Assembly (NCBI GenBank): GCA_904063045.1
Contig: CAJFCJ010000001.1
Coordinates: 248,001 to 312,000, forward strand
DNA from: Dimorphilus gyrociliatus
Lineage: Eukaryota; Animalia; Annelida
Direction of reading: 5' to 3'
DNA length: 64,000 bases
Made by a program: the position numbers and the translations under genes. This document shows, in pieces, positions 51,197 through 64,000 of the stretch (positions within the stretch are counted from its first letter, which is position 1; each line of letters starts with the position of its first letter). The notes under the pieces were generated by a model. It made no database searches. It saw nothing but the letters and a program-made list of their open reading frames with translations, and had not been told where the DNA came from.

Positions 51197-53262
51197 GACA
51201 TATAAGTATCAAATGCTAAAGAGAAAACTTGCAAATAACTCGTTTTAGGCCATGTATACTTGATCGGGATATCATTCCAATATATTTTGCTAATATCTTC
51301 TCAAATTCCCTTTATGCCTGAACAGAAACAATCCTACCCTCTCAGATACCATAAATATGCTGTAAAACGTAACGAAAAATATTCAGTTAATTTTTTATAA
51401 ATATGAAAAACGGAATGACAAAAAACTGACACTCTTACATAAACAGAACGTCTAAGCGAGATTGAAAGAGTAAACAATATACAGTATAGTAAGTGAAATA
51501 AAGTGAGATGAAGCAATGATGAAACCTAACAAGAGATGGCGCAAAACTCTTTATATTTTGTCTTTCTATAGGTTCTGTCATAACGTTATCTTTATTCTTT
51601 GTAACAAAAATATGGATTTATCTACAATTTTAATTTGTTGCTTTTATTTTTCTTATTTACTTTCTATTTATAAAAATTTATCTACTTTATTAATATTCAT
51701 GATGTTTAATATTCATAAATTATGTAAAGCGTAAATATAAGAACTGTACTTATACTCGTATCTTACTAATGTATAGTATGTACATAAATATGTAAATGTT
51801 AGTTTAATTAGATCATTTTCAACCCTTAACTTTATCCTCGTGTTTCTATTTTCCATTCTCAACTCAACTGTATTATATATTTTTCTATATTTCTCTTGCA
51901 ATTTTATACTATAAATATCGACAAAAGTCAGTCCCTGCCGTCCGTAAAGTTATTAATATTGATCGAAGAGTAACAGGTGAAGGTTTGTTACAAAGTAAAA
52001 CCTCGATTGTTTAAAGTAGTTTTAGATACGTTAAGATGAAAAACGAAAAATATTAATATATAAATGTATAACTATAGATAGCTAGATATTGGCATATTAA
52101 ATTAATTAATTAAAAACTGATAAAGATATAAATTAATTACAAAACAATAAATAAATAATAAAATTTAGTAGTTGCTCATTTGTAGATGATATTGTTTATT
52201 TATATCTTATTTGTTATAGACTTCTTAAGGGCCATTGTGAGTAATATATTGTTCGATTACGTGATATTCGTCATTCCTAGAATTAGTCAGAATCCAACTT
52301 TTGAATGCATAAACGTTACTGTTTCGAACAAAAAATAGAAAGCTTTTACAAGCTAATTTATTCTTAGTCATTATATTCTATTATTGGAATAGAATAGTCA
52401 TTGCTTCCGGAAATAATAAAACGCTAGTAATCTACGGTTTATTGATATATAAAAATATCTTTTCCTCTCTTAAGCTGCAATCATTATCTTTCCACTGCCG
52501 TTTAGAAGAACGACTCCTTACACTTAGTGCCTTTATTAATAAATTCATTTTTTACTTCTTCATTCCTTTAGTCTCTTTTTTTTTCAATAAGTTATTAAAT
52601 GAAATAAAGAGCTACTTATAAACAAAAAAAATATTGCTATTACAGTATGTAGATTTTAATTGATTAGGTTGTCAGAAGAGAAGAAGGCCTACATCTATAT
52701 ATTGTATATTTATAGACATAGTTTCTATGCTATACTACGAAGAGAGTATATTGTTTTTTAATATCTATTTGCTGGCTGATGTAGCGTTTCTTCTGTGTAC
52801 CTTTAAGTGCATTTATTTGTGTATAATTTAAAACTGAATACGAAACATGTAAAGAATTTTATTTTGCTGTATATATACAGTACATATGATTTATGTATAT
52901 TTATATATGTATTTGTATATGCTATATACTGTATATATAAATCATGATATATACAGTATATTGAATTTTATTAAGTATATTTGTGAATTGTTTCATTTAT
53001 TAAAGATGCGCAAAAAGTGACTGTAAGCGACATCTGTCGTTGTTTGTATCACAAAAAAGGGATTATCGTTAGAGTCTCTTTTTCTTCTCCCAACAACACG
53101 TAAACAAGCACTCTACGTAATGGGGTATTACAAACAGACCTAACAAACAGTTTTGCACCTCCATTCTGACTTTATTTTTTATGACTAGAAAAATTTAATT
53201 CGTCGCCCATTGATTTTCTTCGTGACATTTAACTAATCTACTCAACGGAATCGTCGGAGTCG

Positions 53263-53813
53263 TCAGCGCTCGTTAAAGGTGACGGCGTTTACCCTGTTGC
53301 TAGACACCCCTGTTTTTCTTCCAGCTCTTCTCAGTATTGGTTTCGGCTCCGCTGAGCCTGGTTTAACAGGTTCAACAAATGATTGCCTAACTGGTGGTGG
53401 AGTTTTGGAAGAAGCGTGCACTTGATAGCGTCTTAATTGAGGAGCTAGTGATGGGGGTGGCCTCCTCTGGTTGGGTTGATTTTGCTGAAGTTTAAGTACT
53501 TTCTCACGACAAATTACACAGCGTAGCGGTAGGCATCGCTGATTAACGGCCGATTGTATAGTCTTGACGAAGCATTTTCGGCAGACAACTCTATGATTGC
53601 ATGGTAGTGTCTGCATGCAGGCTGTTGAGGAGAAGCAGACGACGCACTACAGGGGCAGAACGAAAAGATAAGAAAAGTAGAAAAGTCGTGACGTCATAAT
53701 TCCAGGCGTTCTTTGTACGGTCTCTTTATAAAACTCACCTCTGTTCCGGATACGGGCGTCCCTTCTTCGTCATCGGTTGCTTGTTTAGCATCTAGTTTGA
53801 CCAGAAGTTTGTC
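53263..53813 (-). CDS. C3HC4 RING-finger protein, 5' end unresolved
   Basis: Exon 53646-53263 begins CVVCFSSTACMQTLPCNHRVVCRKC...LRCVICR, followed by a Pro-rich tail. An in-phase upstream exon is predicted at 53813-53739. The start codon was not located. Confidence 0.72.
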
Positions 53814-55024
53814 CTACAAACATATCGAGGATTTCGATAATCGAATCTATGTCATTGAAATTTCTCTAGAGACTAGTTCGAGCTTATTAATTAGCTCTCG
53901 CTGGTCATCCTTATCGGTAGTTCATTTCCGATAAGTGTATCAAGCGCTTAGCGTTCTAATGCAACATTAATGACGACAAACTCTCGACGCCTAATCGTCG
54001 TACTGCCACGTGTTTGCAGTCGCTATGGTAACGCTGCTGATCGAACATTTTCTACGCATTGATTTCTTCTTTCGGCGTACATATACTGCTGATTAGGCGA
54101 CTTCTCCCTCTATTTTTCCCTTATATTTTTCTTATAACACCGAACGTCAAATTAATCTTGACGGCGTCACTTTTCTCGCTTGGTCTCAAGCGACTAATCA
54201 GTTTGTCGACGTGCTTCCGTTTAAAAATAAAAAAGCGAAGGAGAGAGAAATGGGCGTCGCCATCTCTTTCCGATCTTATTCCGAATGTGTTGTCTCTATT
54301 TTTAATGTGAGTTCTAACTGATTTATTCTCTAATAGTAAAACATGCTTTAAAACCGATTTTTCTATGCAACTTAATTGCCAGTCAGATTTACAATACTGT
54401 TAATGACTTACGATCTTCTCATTTAGCTTTTGCAATTCCTTTTCTGCTTTCTTTTTCAGATTATTCTCTATTTGCGCTCGTCGAAATTGTTGGTATTTAG
54501 CTACCAGATACATGGCGGGCGTTAAAATGACGCTCCAATCGCGAACGATGGCGCCACTACTGGGGCCTCCTCGCTCTGCTAAACCGACTTATTAAAGAGC
54601 CTACTCTACTGGAACCCTTTTAGCTCCTTTACCATCGTTCTAACATCGAGTTGCACAAGCTCAATAACTTAACATAGTAGTAAATTTATTCACTCAATCG
54701 GTCTATTTCCCCCAGCAGAATATTCGGTTTAGGTACTCAACAAAAAACACATCTACTCTCTTCCACCTCTATACACTTTATAATCGATCGAAATGTCTTT
54801 CACATTTTAAATCTGAGCGCGCTTTTTCATTATTTTCTTCCTACCTATCTATTCAATACACGTTCCTCGACACGCCTGACTAGCGACAGATCGGCCGTGC
54901 GTTCGTCTGCAATATTACTTATTTAGATCGACGTGTAAAAGGATAAATACAAAAATAAAAATAAATCAGGAATTTGGCGAATGTACATTTAGGACGTAGA
55001 GAACTAATCAAGAATTCCGATCCC

Positions 55025-56590
55025 ATGACTCCCAGGAATTCCCATAGGAGAAGTACGTAAAATAACTTTGTATTAATGTGACTTTAGTTAGGACGATAAA
55101 TTCCAATTCATTCCGCAGGAAATCCAACAGTTTTCTTAAAACTATGGCGGAGAGTGGAAAAATTGACCGTCAGGCAGCTGTTTTGTCTTCTATTTGTCTT
55201 GATTTGTTTATCTCTAATCCTGACGTATTCTTTGAAGAACGAATTGAACAACGTCAGAGCTAATTTTCTAACTTGGTCTGAAGAGGATGCTAATAAGATT
55301 ATAAAAGATTTAGAAGCGTTTATTCCATCGCATTGCCAATCAAATGTTTATAGAACCGGTGGACTAAAAAGTTCTTCTATATTAATCAATGTTGATGAAA
55401 ATAATTGGAGACTCCTAGAGGGAACGCTCTTTTCTATTCAACGCTATACAGATGAGAAATTAATTAGGGAAATCATAGTCTACGATGACAGAATTTCATC
55501 GTTTGGGGGGGAAGTTGTTGGAAAGTTAGTGAACGCCTGTAAATCAATATGTAAGCTCTTAAGATCTGAGACGAAGCTGGGGGAGGCGTCGGCAAGACAT
55601 AAGATGACGCAGGTCGCTAAAGGGGATGTACTAGTCTTTATAGAGTCTGGTGTATTAGTGACGCCTCATTGGATGGCGCCACTACTTCATACATTGCATG
55701 AAGGGGGTCCATCTATCGTCTCGCCGAGAATAGATTCTATTGAAAAGATGCGAACTGTTCGTGAGATGCCCGAGTATAAATCTGCCTTTACATGGTCATT
55801 TAGCACGATGTGGACCATTGAAGATGGACTGAATGTTCTAGACGGTCGAGTAATAGCCATCAGTCGAACAGTGTATGAAGCACTAGGCGAATATGACCCG
55901 GAATTTGAAGCCGGCGGCGGTGCTAATTTAGATCTGTCAATCAGAGCAATGTTATGCAAAGTTTCAATTATTTACTCGGAATGTTCAAGAATCGGCATAC
56001 AAGACGCATATATTCCACGTAAGGTGTATAGCTTGAAAAACTTTCGCCGTTTAACTTTACTTTGGTTTCCTACGCTACGAAGCGCCATCTACCGTCTAGC
56101 TGATATAAACCCGTCAACAGATGAGGCAGAAGCTCGATCTATTGAGATAAGAAAGGAATTCTTCAGGGAACGTCAAGGCATCTGTGCTAACGAGTCAACA
56201 CTCCTAGGTAGACACGGTGTAGTATATCCTGACAAAGACACGACAGCTCTGGGTATGCTAGAATCCCAATCGACATCCTTATGTATCTTCGCTGCGCGTA
56301 ATTCCCCACCGTCTTTAACTCTTTGCACATCGAGCGTTTATAGATCGTACGCTATAGTTTCATTGAACGAAAGGAAACAACTAAAAATTGGCTCTTCTTG
56401 CTTAAATTATCACAAGACTTTAAAAGCTATTGAATGCGGAACTCTAACAAGCAAGTGGGAGTTTTCACCTTTGGGGGAAATTCGGGAAGAAAAGACAGGT
56501 AAATGTCTTAAAGTTGATGGAAACTCGGAAATTAAAATGGGATTCTGTACGGAAATGACAAAAGAAAAGTGGAGACTCAAAAAATTATGA
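55025..56590 (+). CDS. Polypeptide GalNAc-transferase-like type II membrane protein with C-terminal ricin-B lectin; degenerate active site (~499 aa)
   Basis: Exons 55025-55052 and 55119-56590. N-terminal TM; GT-A elements REIIVYDD, AKGDVLVF and WMAPLL..L...IVSPRID; ricin-like Cys repeats at the C-terminus. Confidence 0.85.
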
Positions 56591-56873
56591 TTAGATATAG
56601 AAACAATTTGTTTGATCTTTATAATGTTGGAAGGTAGCTATCAAAACCTTGCAAATAGAACATTTAGATATAATAAAAATGACACCTAGTCTTTTATGTT
56701 TAGTGAATTCCTGTAAAATAAAATAATATTCATGGAAAGAATAACAACTACATTTATAGAGTTTTTATAAAATAAAATGCTAATCTGACTTCTCATTTGC
56801 TAGAAATAATAAATGTGCATTCTTAATTTACATTGTCTATAAAAAGAAAGACTCGCACGCATTCGAGAGGAAG

Positions 56874-57851
56874 ATGTCAAATTCTACAAACCAATCGTTT
56901 CGAGAGGTTTTTCAAATGAATGAAATTTGGAAAACTGCGTCAAATATCACTTTTGTTATACTGTTTCTGACAGGTATTATTTTCAACTTAGTCACGATCA
57001 TGATCATGAGAATGAAATCGTTTAAACACATGCCTGTCTCCAATGCTATAATGGGAATATCAATTTGTGATCTCTTCGTAACTCTTTTGTTACCTTTCAA
57101 CAAAACAATCGTTATTAACTGGATTGAAAGAGATATCAAAGCGCTGAGTTTACGTTCGTGTCGGTTCTTCTTTTGGCTTTGGAGATTTTCAAAGTTTTGT
57201 GACGCTTGGTTTATAACTCTAATAGCTGTGGAAAGATTTATAAATATCTACTTTCCTTTAAGAGCAAAAGAATTTATTTCCAAAAAGAGCATTGTAATTA
57301 CCATGCTTATAATATGCGTTGTTTTGAGCGTTTACAATGCAGTATGGGTAAACTATTCTGATAATATCTGGAAAGGTATGTGCATACCGAACAAACCTGA
57401 CATCGATAAACTAAAGATTGGAGAAGCATTTCTTATTACTGGTATTAGTATATATGCTATTATTCCAGCAATTCTTCAATTAACCTTCAATATATTAACA
57501 ATATACAAGTTGTTTGCTAATCGTAAACGAATAAAAGACAAGAAAGATCAAAAGGAAATTAAAGCAACAGTCAGTCTTCTAATTATTTCGTTTACATTTA
57601 CTTTCTTGGTTATTCCAATATCTTTGGCTCATCTAATAACTTTCTTAAACGGAGAGAATTTGTACGCATCTACAAGGAAGCCTATTATTATAATAAGAGA
57701 AATAAGCCAAACAATGGAACAAACCAATTATAGTATAAACTTTTTGTTATACATCATGACTTCAACAAGCTTTAGAAGTCATCTATACAGCATCATATTA
57801 AATAGGCTACCGTCGAAACAAAACCAAATCGATCCAAGTTCAAAACTGTAA
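56874..57851 (+). CDS. Class A peptide GPCR with intronless CDS (FMRFamide/GPR139-142-like orphan)
   Basis: 325-aa ORF with 7 TM segments, AVERFINIYFPL after TM3 and NYSINFLLY in TM7. Confidence 0.88.
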   Translation: MSNSTNQSFREVFQMNEIWKTASNITFVILFLTGIIFNLVTIMIMRMKSFKHMPVSNAIMGISICDLFVTLLLPFNKTIVINWIERDIKALSLRSCRFFFWLWRFSKFCDAWFITLIAVERFINIYFPLRAKEFISKKSIVITMLIICVVLSVYNAVWVNYSDNIWKGMCIPNKPDIDKLKIGEAFLITGISIYAIIPAILQLTFNILTIYKLFANRKRIKDKKDQKEIKATVSLLIISFTFTFLVIPISLAHLITFLNGENLYASTRKPIIIIREISQTMEQTNYSINFLLYIMTSTSFRSHLYSIILNRLPSKQNQIDPSSKL

Positions 57852-60800
57852 CAAAAACGATACATTCAAAGGTTTAAATTAATGAAAAGATAAGAAACAA
57901 AGCACGCGTTTGTTCAGCTACCCCATTATATCAGTATCGCCACCTTTTCATCAGTTTCTCGAAAAATACCGCTGTTAATTAAAACATCAAGTTGTAAGTG
58001 TTCCATTGAAGATACTTCGTAAAAGCCCCTATTAGTCTCAGAAAACATTATCATAGGTTATTAAACAGGTTTGTCAAATTAAGCTGACGCTGTTTACTGG
58101 CAAGTGCACAACCTGCGATAACATTTGCAAGGCATGTCGCTCATTTACATATCTCTTCTAAGATTAATAGACAAGTAATTTTATCCCGATTTCAAATATC
58201 AGTAATTTAGTATTTAAGACATCTCTCAGTCTATTATTATTGTTTCATCAACATATGCGTGGTCGAGGAGTATGAAACTTTCATCACCTCTTGAGAATAG
58301 GGGGAGGTGAGAACTCAGCGTGAAAGGAAAAGGTTAATTAATCGTGTATCATGTTGGAGATACCCTGACACACTTCGAATCAAGCTGTGCACCCTTCGGC
58401 ATATGTTTTTACATTCGTTAAACATCTGCTAGTTGTCCTTACCCTTATATATTTGCTGTTTCCGACATCTATGTGTATATATAGAGTATGTATTGGTATA
58501 ACATTCGAGTGAGAAATTGAATATAGATCCTTTCCTGCTTGAAAACCAATCTAGAGTATTTTCCCAGTCGGTACATTTCCAACGTCAACTCATTAGCTTC
58601 AACTTTATTCCTTATGAAAACAGGATATAAAATCTTTCACTAGTCCTTTCAAAAAATAAAACGAATAAAAAGGAGAAAAAAGTTTAAACAAGAACGTAAA
58701 CAAAAGATCAGAGAGATTAAACTAACGGGGCTACGTACATTGTATATTTTAGGTATATAAATTGCAAGTTTCGTACTCAATATTTCCTAAACTGCGATGT
58801 TTTGCAAGAACAAAGAGTCAGTCATTAATAAGCTTGCAGTAATTGTAGCACCAAAATATGTTTTGATGATATAACTATCACTAATAAGTACAAGTATATC
58901 GTGATACGGATGTTAATGAATCAATTTACACCAATTTTCCCTCTAAATACCTAATGTAGGCTATTGTATAACACAGACGTTGTATAATTAACTAAATATA
59001 AACCTAGAGTTTCTACTATATACATGCATGTTTATATAACACATAATATTCTATATTTAAGCTGGAACAGGTGGTTGTTTATATAAGGAAAAGTAAGAAA
59101 ATGCGGTACACGCGCCGGTCAAGTTGGGACCATTCTGACATGTTTGTACATTCGAAAAACATCTGCGCGAGATAAGTATGGTAAAGTATAGGTAGAAGAT
59201 AAAGTGACGTTCCTTAACTGGACTAGATACAATCGGTTTGATTACGTCATAATGAAGCGTTTTACTTCGATCGTGTGTGTAGATTTAAATTTAGGGTCGG
59301 GAATTTTCCGCGTAAGCGAGTTAAGTGACGACGATTATGTAAGTTACGTTGTAGAAGAGGTTCCGAAGAAATCCATTAGTCGTTTAATGGTCTCTAATTT
59401 CTGACCGCCTTGTTAAAATATTCGTACTCTTTAAAGGTTTTAATGAGAGTATTATATCGTAATCGATCGTTAAGCCCCGTGGTAAATCCCTCTCTTCTCT
59501 TTGCCTTTCTATGTAACCTCCTATTCTTGGTTCTTATACGCCAACAATCTACTTTGGGAGCCAAATAGCTGAAATGGGCATTCGAAAATAGGCAATTCTC
59601 GACTTTGTACTACCCCGATCACCTATTTACTTTAGCCTCAACTGCTTTCGTCTTATATAACTTTGCCGACTTTATTCTATTATGTATACAATTACTATAT
59701 ATAAAAGACGGTCAACCTTTCTTTCTTTATTTTCCTTTTCTCTTTCTTTCTTTGTTTCCATTTTATGGCATCATTTGTTCTTTTAGTTTTTTTTTCTTTT
59801 TGTTTTATTGTTTTTTTACATTCGTTTACCGGCGTTTTTCAATCAACGGTGAAAAGTCGTTGACGTTTTGGCGAGCAATCTAAGAAAACAATTTGGCTGC
59901 TTAACGACGCCGTTAATGACGACACGCTGCCTTTGTAGTATAATTTATCTGTCAACTGTCGCCGTTTGAAGTGCAAACGTTAAGAAAATACAAAGATTTC
60001 AGCAGTTTATATTAAAGTGTCGTTTATTCCATAATTATATAGACTGCTCTTTTGCCTAATTTGATGTTTTTAAAAAAGTGCTCTATTAAGCGCCATCTGC
60101 ATATAGCTAATAACTAATACAGAAATTGCCGGTGAAAGGACAAAGGCCTAAATCTACTAGAAAATAAGAGGTGAAAAAAAAGAAAAAAGAACTTTAAATG
60201 GGTCTTGATTATTTCTAGATGAAAAAAAGCTAATAGAAAAAACTAGCTTAGAAAACAGTACTTAGAGAATCATTGAAGCTGAACATAAAATGCATGCCGA
60301 ATGTTCGAATGAAGGAATTTCTTGTTTGAAAGGGGCGGGCCGTCGAAAAAATGTCGACAAATACCGAAAGTTCGATTGGCGCCCCAGCGATAAAGGCCCG
60401 CCGAAATAGGAGAGAAAAAGGCTAAAAAGGGAATAAAAGGAAAAGAATAAAAAAACTTAGAGAAAAACTTTCACCGGAATAAACAATTGGCACGTTTACA
60501 CGGCGACACGATAAGGGAAGGAGAAGTTTTGATAAAATCGTAACATTAAGCGACCGATCGTCAGGTGTCGCCCGCCTCGTTCGCTAAATTAATGACCAAG
60601 TAAACTTTGGGAATATAAATTTCGTAATGAAATTTTACGCGCTTACTAATTCTGAATAGGGAAAGATTAGTGCCATACGGGCAATGGTTACGTAATGGTC
60701 GCTTAGAGTACCTAGCATCCGATCGAAATTCAGCACCTGCCGTACCACTTCTCTATTCCAGGTGGTTGTGTTATTTCTAGGAGTGGTGGAAATTGAAACA

Positions 60801-60979
60801 TATTAAAGCGTTGATCTATTTGCTCAGGCGAGTGCCAAGGCGTCCTATTTTCGACCCTGTCAAAAGACTTGATACACGGCGTCGTATAGATGAAGCGCTT
60901 TGGCACGCCCTTCGATACCCTGGTGAGGCGCGTCATTTCTCGCTCATTAAGGGCAGCAAGTTGGTTCCCGTTGTGATAG

Positions 60980-61006
60980 TGACGTCATAGTAGCGGTCTG
61001 ACGTCA
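60980..61006. promoter_or_regulatory. Tandem pair of full CRE palindromes
   Basis: TGACGTCA at 60980-60987 and at 60999-61006. Confidence 0.55.
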
Positions 61007-62883
61007 CAGACTGCTACCGTACGGATATAAGGAATAACCAGGATAGGTAGGCGGGGGTTCGTGCTTTAAGAACACACATAATTATCGCGTCAAGTCATAA
61101 CATTTACACTCAGTATGTAAAGTGACGTAATTCGGGTAAAGGTTGGAAATGGTCGTGAGTTTCTATTTTTGGGATAAGAACGTGCCGGCGCGTGACGGTC
61201 GGACGCCATTGTTAGGGTTGAAAAAAATCGCCGTAACAATAGGCCGCCGATATATTTTCCCACGAGAATCTATCCGGGCTCTCTGTCGAGTGGAACGACT
61301 CGCGGCCTTCAGTACTAGTGACAGTGATCTTTGTGATATTCGAACGGATACAAAAGACCCTTCTTTATCGCCAAATTGCCCATTTACGCCGAATGTTTGT
61401 ATAAAGATCGACCGGCTATGGGGGTTTTTTTCTTTTTTTGTACTCTCTCTCCCTTATTCGGGCCGGCCGGTATTACGGCACGCTACCGATAGAGGGCGGC
61501 GGCGTGTCTAGACGCCGCACGAACGCGTGGAATGCGAGCAAAGGTCACGTGTACGATTGTTTGGAACGTTTTTTTCTCTCTTATTGTATTCGTTCCCGAA
61601 ACAATTTCGCACAATCCCCCTTCATTCCTTTTTCCCACCCGAACAAAAGCCGCGAAATTCTCGGCAAGCTGACGGCGTTGACATTTCCTGGGCAGCACCT
61701 GGCAGGATCCATTGTTTCTATTAGTTGACGCTTACAGCTGCTTACCAGATTACATAATATCCCGGTTTTAGAAACCCTGACTTTTACGAGTTAATCATAA
61801 AAGTCGAATTTTAACAATAGTAAAAAAAATTTGGTAGGCGTAAAAGAGATAACGAGAAAAGGAGTTCTTTTTTTGGACAGGCCCGGACTTGTCAGGTTTA
61901 GAGAGACGCTGAGTCACACACGCCTGTACTCGTTTAAACACGTTCCTATTTTTGCAGTTATGATTTCATTCAAAAATTCCACTCTTGAACATGTTCACAA
62001 ATTTTTCTAACTGATAAAAATCCCGCGAAATTAAATTGGGACGTAATTTGAAAGAGTACGCCGACTACTTCCGCCCATCTCGGTTACGTCAGTAACGCGC
62101 CTGATTAAAGGCGAATGATTCGATTGCCGGGAAAGAAACTTGACAACACTATCGTCGGAACGTTTGATCCATGGGCATCTGGTGGCGCAGATGTATACGA
62201 GTAAACTGTAATTCACCGCTATAGCCCGCTTTGTTTAAATAGAAAATGAATGACCTAGTAAAGCGGGCCCGTAAAACAATAGAACAATGTCATCTCTGCT
62301 TTCGGACGCGATACCCCTTGTACTCCCTATTCAGATTTCGTTCTTTCCGGATTCTTTCCGTTACAACCATTGTCTCCTCTTACAAATTACCAATTTAACT
62401 AGAATGTCTTATTTCATTTTTTAAAGTTATTTATTTGTAGAACAATAATAAGCATAACAATTCAGCACCGGCATTCTATTAGACTGGCGCCGGATCGGCC
62501 AGTTTAAGACATGACAAACAAAATGAAACACGAGATCAGGAGGAAGAGAGAAAAGGTGTGGCAGCATTTTGTTTTTTATATAATCATTTTTTAAGTCTTT
62601 TACTTCTAAATAGCAAAAATATTAATATTTTTTCGATAGTTCTGCGCGGATTGCACCAGACCCGAAGCTGTAAGGGAAAAAAATGCACATTATACACCTG
62701 AAGAGAAGATATTGGCAACGTGCCAATGGCCTAACAATTGTCCTTATTTAGCCTTTACTAGCTACTACTACTTGTAAACAGCACTACTCCAGGCACGCAG
62801 AGGTATACATAATAAATACGCAGGGGTTTACATACTTAAATACATGTATATGAATAAAATTCCTCACCTTGGACGTGATTTAT

Positions 62884-63364
62884 TTACAATTTTTTATTAC
62901 TCCTGCTCACTTTTATACGCTTTTTGGTGACGAAGTAATCTGATTAGAAAAACAGAAGGAAATGTTTAATGCAAAAAATACAAGACGCCTAGATTTTTAA
63001 AATGGTCTTAAGACGAATAAAGAAAAATTTTCTTACCGGTTATTTCTGTTTGCCTTTTCCTCTTCCCATCTATAAGGTATTCATCTTCGGAATTTATTGA
63101 AGATGTATCTGCTGACGATCTGTCGTACAACTTTGTCCAGACGAAGTTACCGCCCGCTAAAGGCCGATCGTGGATAAAATCGAAGGACCATTTGTCACAG
63201 GCGTTGGATAATATAACCTTCCATTGTTGATCGAGGAAGAGTCTTGTTGTTTCTTGCCCTCCTTGATTATCCGATTCTTCTCCATCGTCGAAGAGGCGAC
63301 GCTTGGCTCGTCTCTTCTCGTTCGACTTCTTTACGAACGATTCTACGCTTACAACGTCCATCAT
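62884..63364 (-). CDS. CDKN1: Cip/Kip cyclin-dependent kinase inhibitor (p21/p27/Dacapo-like), 2 exons, ~127 aa
   Basis: Exons 63364-63037 and 62939-62884. Cyclin-binding KRRLF, CDK-binding KWSFDF..DRPL.GGNFVW, and a C-terminal KRKRQTEITDYFVTKKR PCNA-binding motif formed by splicing. Confidence 0.88.
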
Positions 63365-63569
63365 AGCATAAATTCCTTATCGTCAAGTACTAATTCCTCT
63401 TCGATATTCTTGTAATACAGTTATATCGTATTGTTATCTTGATATATGTTTTCTTCTAAAAATTTATAAATAGAACAAGTAAAGTTTTACGACGATAACT
63501 TATCGTCCGGCTTCCTACGAAGAACTGAAGGCCGATCGCGTCCGTCACTTAAATGAATACAGAGGGATT

Positions 63570-63623
63570 CAAAATGGCGGTGCATCGACGAATGTTGATT
63601 GGTCCACATGATTTGGCGGGAAA
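63570..63623. promoter_or_regulatory. YY1-type motif and E2F site upstream of the CDK inhibitor
   Basis: CAAAATGGCGG at 63570-63580. TTTGGCGGGAAA at 63612-63623 reads TTTCCCGCCAAA on the gene strand. Confidence 0.5.
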
Positions 63624-64000
63624 ATGCTTCGCGAGCTCAGCTTTGGCGGCTGCTGACGTAAATAGCTCGCGGTCCGTTTCGCTTGCCTTTTTTGGTGAAA
63701 TACGCCCGTTTTTTTTTTATTCTTTAGCTGTTGGTTTCGTCCCTAATCGGACAGCGGCTTCTCGATTTACAATCTATGAATTATTTGTACCTAGTGTATG
63801 TAACGAATTTCTAATCTATGTATTGTAGCATATTTTCAACTTTGGACACCGTTATCACTTTCGCCGTTTTTGAATTGCGATCGTTATTTTTGAAAATTTG
63901 AAATAGCAGACGCTAGACGGCAGTGTGGGGGCGAAATGACGCGTTTTCAAAATATGACATTAAGGCCTTCCCTGTTTAGTTGACTAGGCCTAGCCTATTC

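Noticed and set aside
55154-55156. GTG start for the GALNT-like ORF
   Set aside because: A 66-nt GT-AG intron (55053-55118) links the frame to ATG 55025.
60979-61007. Perfect 9-bp stem hairpin as a possible small RNA
   Set aside because: It arises automatically from two palindromic CREs and is far too short for a pre-miRNA.
60729-62469. REST/RE1-like TTCAGCACC at 60729 and 62461
   Set aside because: Only left half-sites are present. The GGACAG right half is missing, and REST is not expected in this lineage.

Overview
This is eukaryotic, AT-rich, gene-dense animal DNA with mostly short GT-AG introns (about 55-230 nt). The gene content suggests a compact lophotrochozoan genome, possibly a miniature annelid; this is inference, not a database match. 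No prokaryotic features, CRISPR arrays, rRNA or tRNA were seen. Hand-spliced gene models, left to right: a secreted 2x discoidin + dead serine protease protein (-), an orphan class A GPCR (+), tau-tubulin kinase (-), a small coiled-coil ORF (-), a kelch protein (-), a small secreted 4-Cys precursor (+), two tandem ~80-aa Cys-rich membrane microproteins (-), a SUEL-lectin/CUB type I membrane protein (+), IA-2/PTPRN (+) with mir-153 in an intron, a 4-EF-hand calbindin-like protein with two alternative first exons (+), a prohormone-like precursor with two 4-Cys peptides (-), a GPCR (+), a TRH-type receptor (-), a RING protein (-), a degenerate GalNAc-transferase (+), a GPCR (+) and a Cip/Kip CDK inhibitor (-). 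The most interesting candidates are two unassigned Cys-hairpin peptide precursors that the ORF track misses or truncates, the intronic mir-153, a possible acylation switch on the EF-hand protein, and dense CTCF-like and CRE/bZIP motifs.
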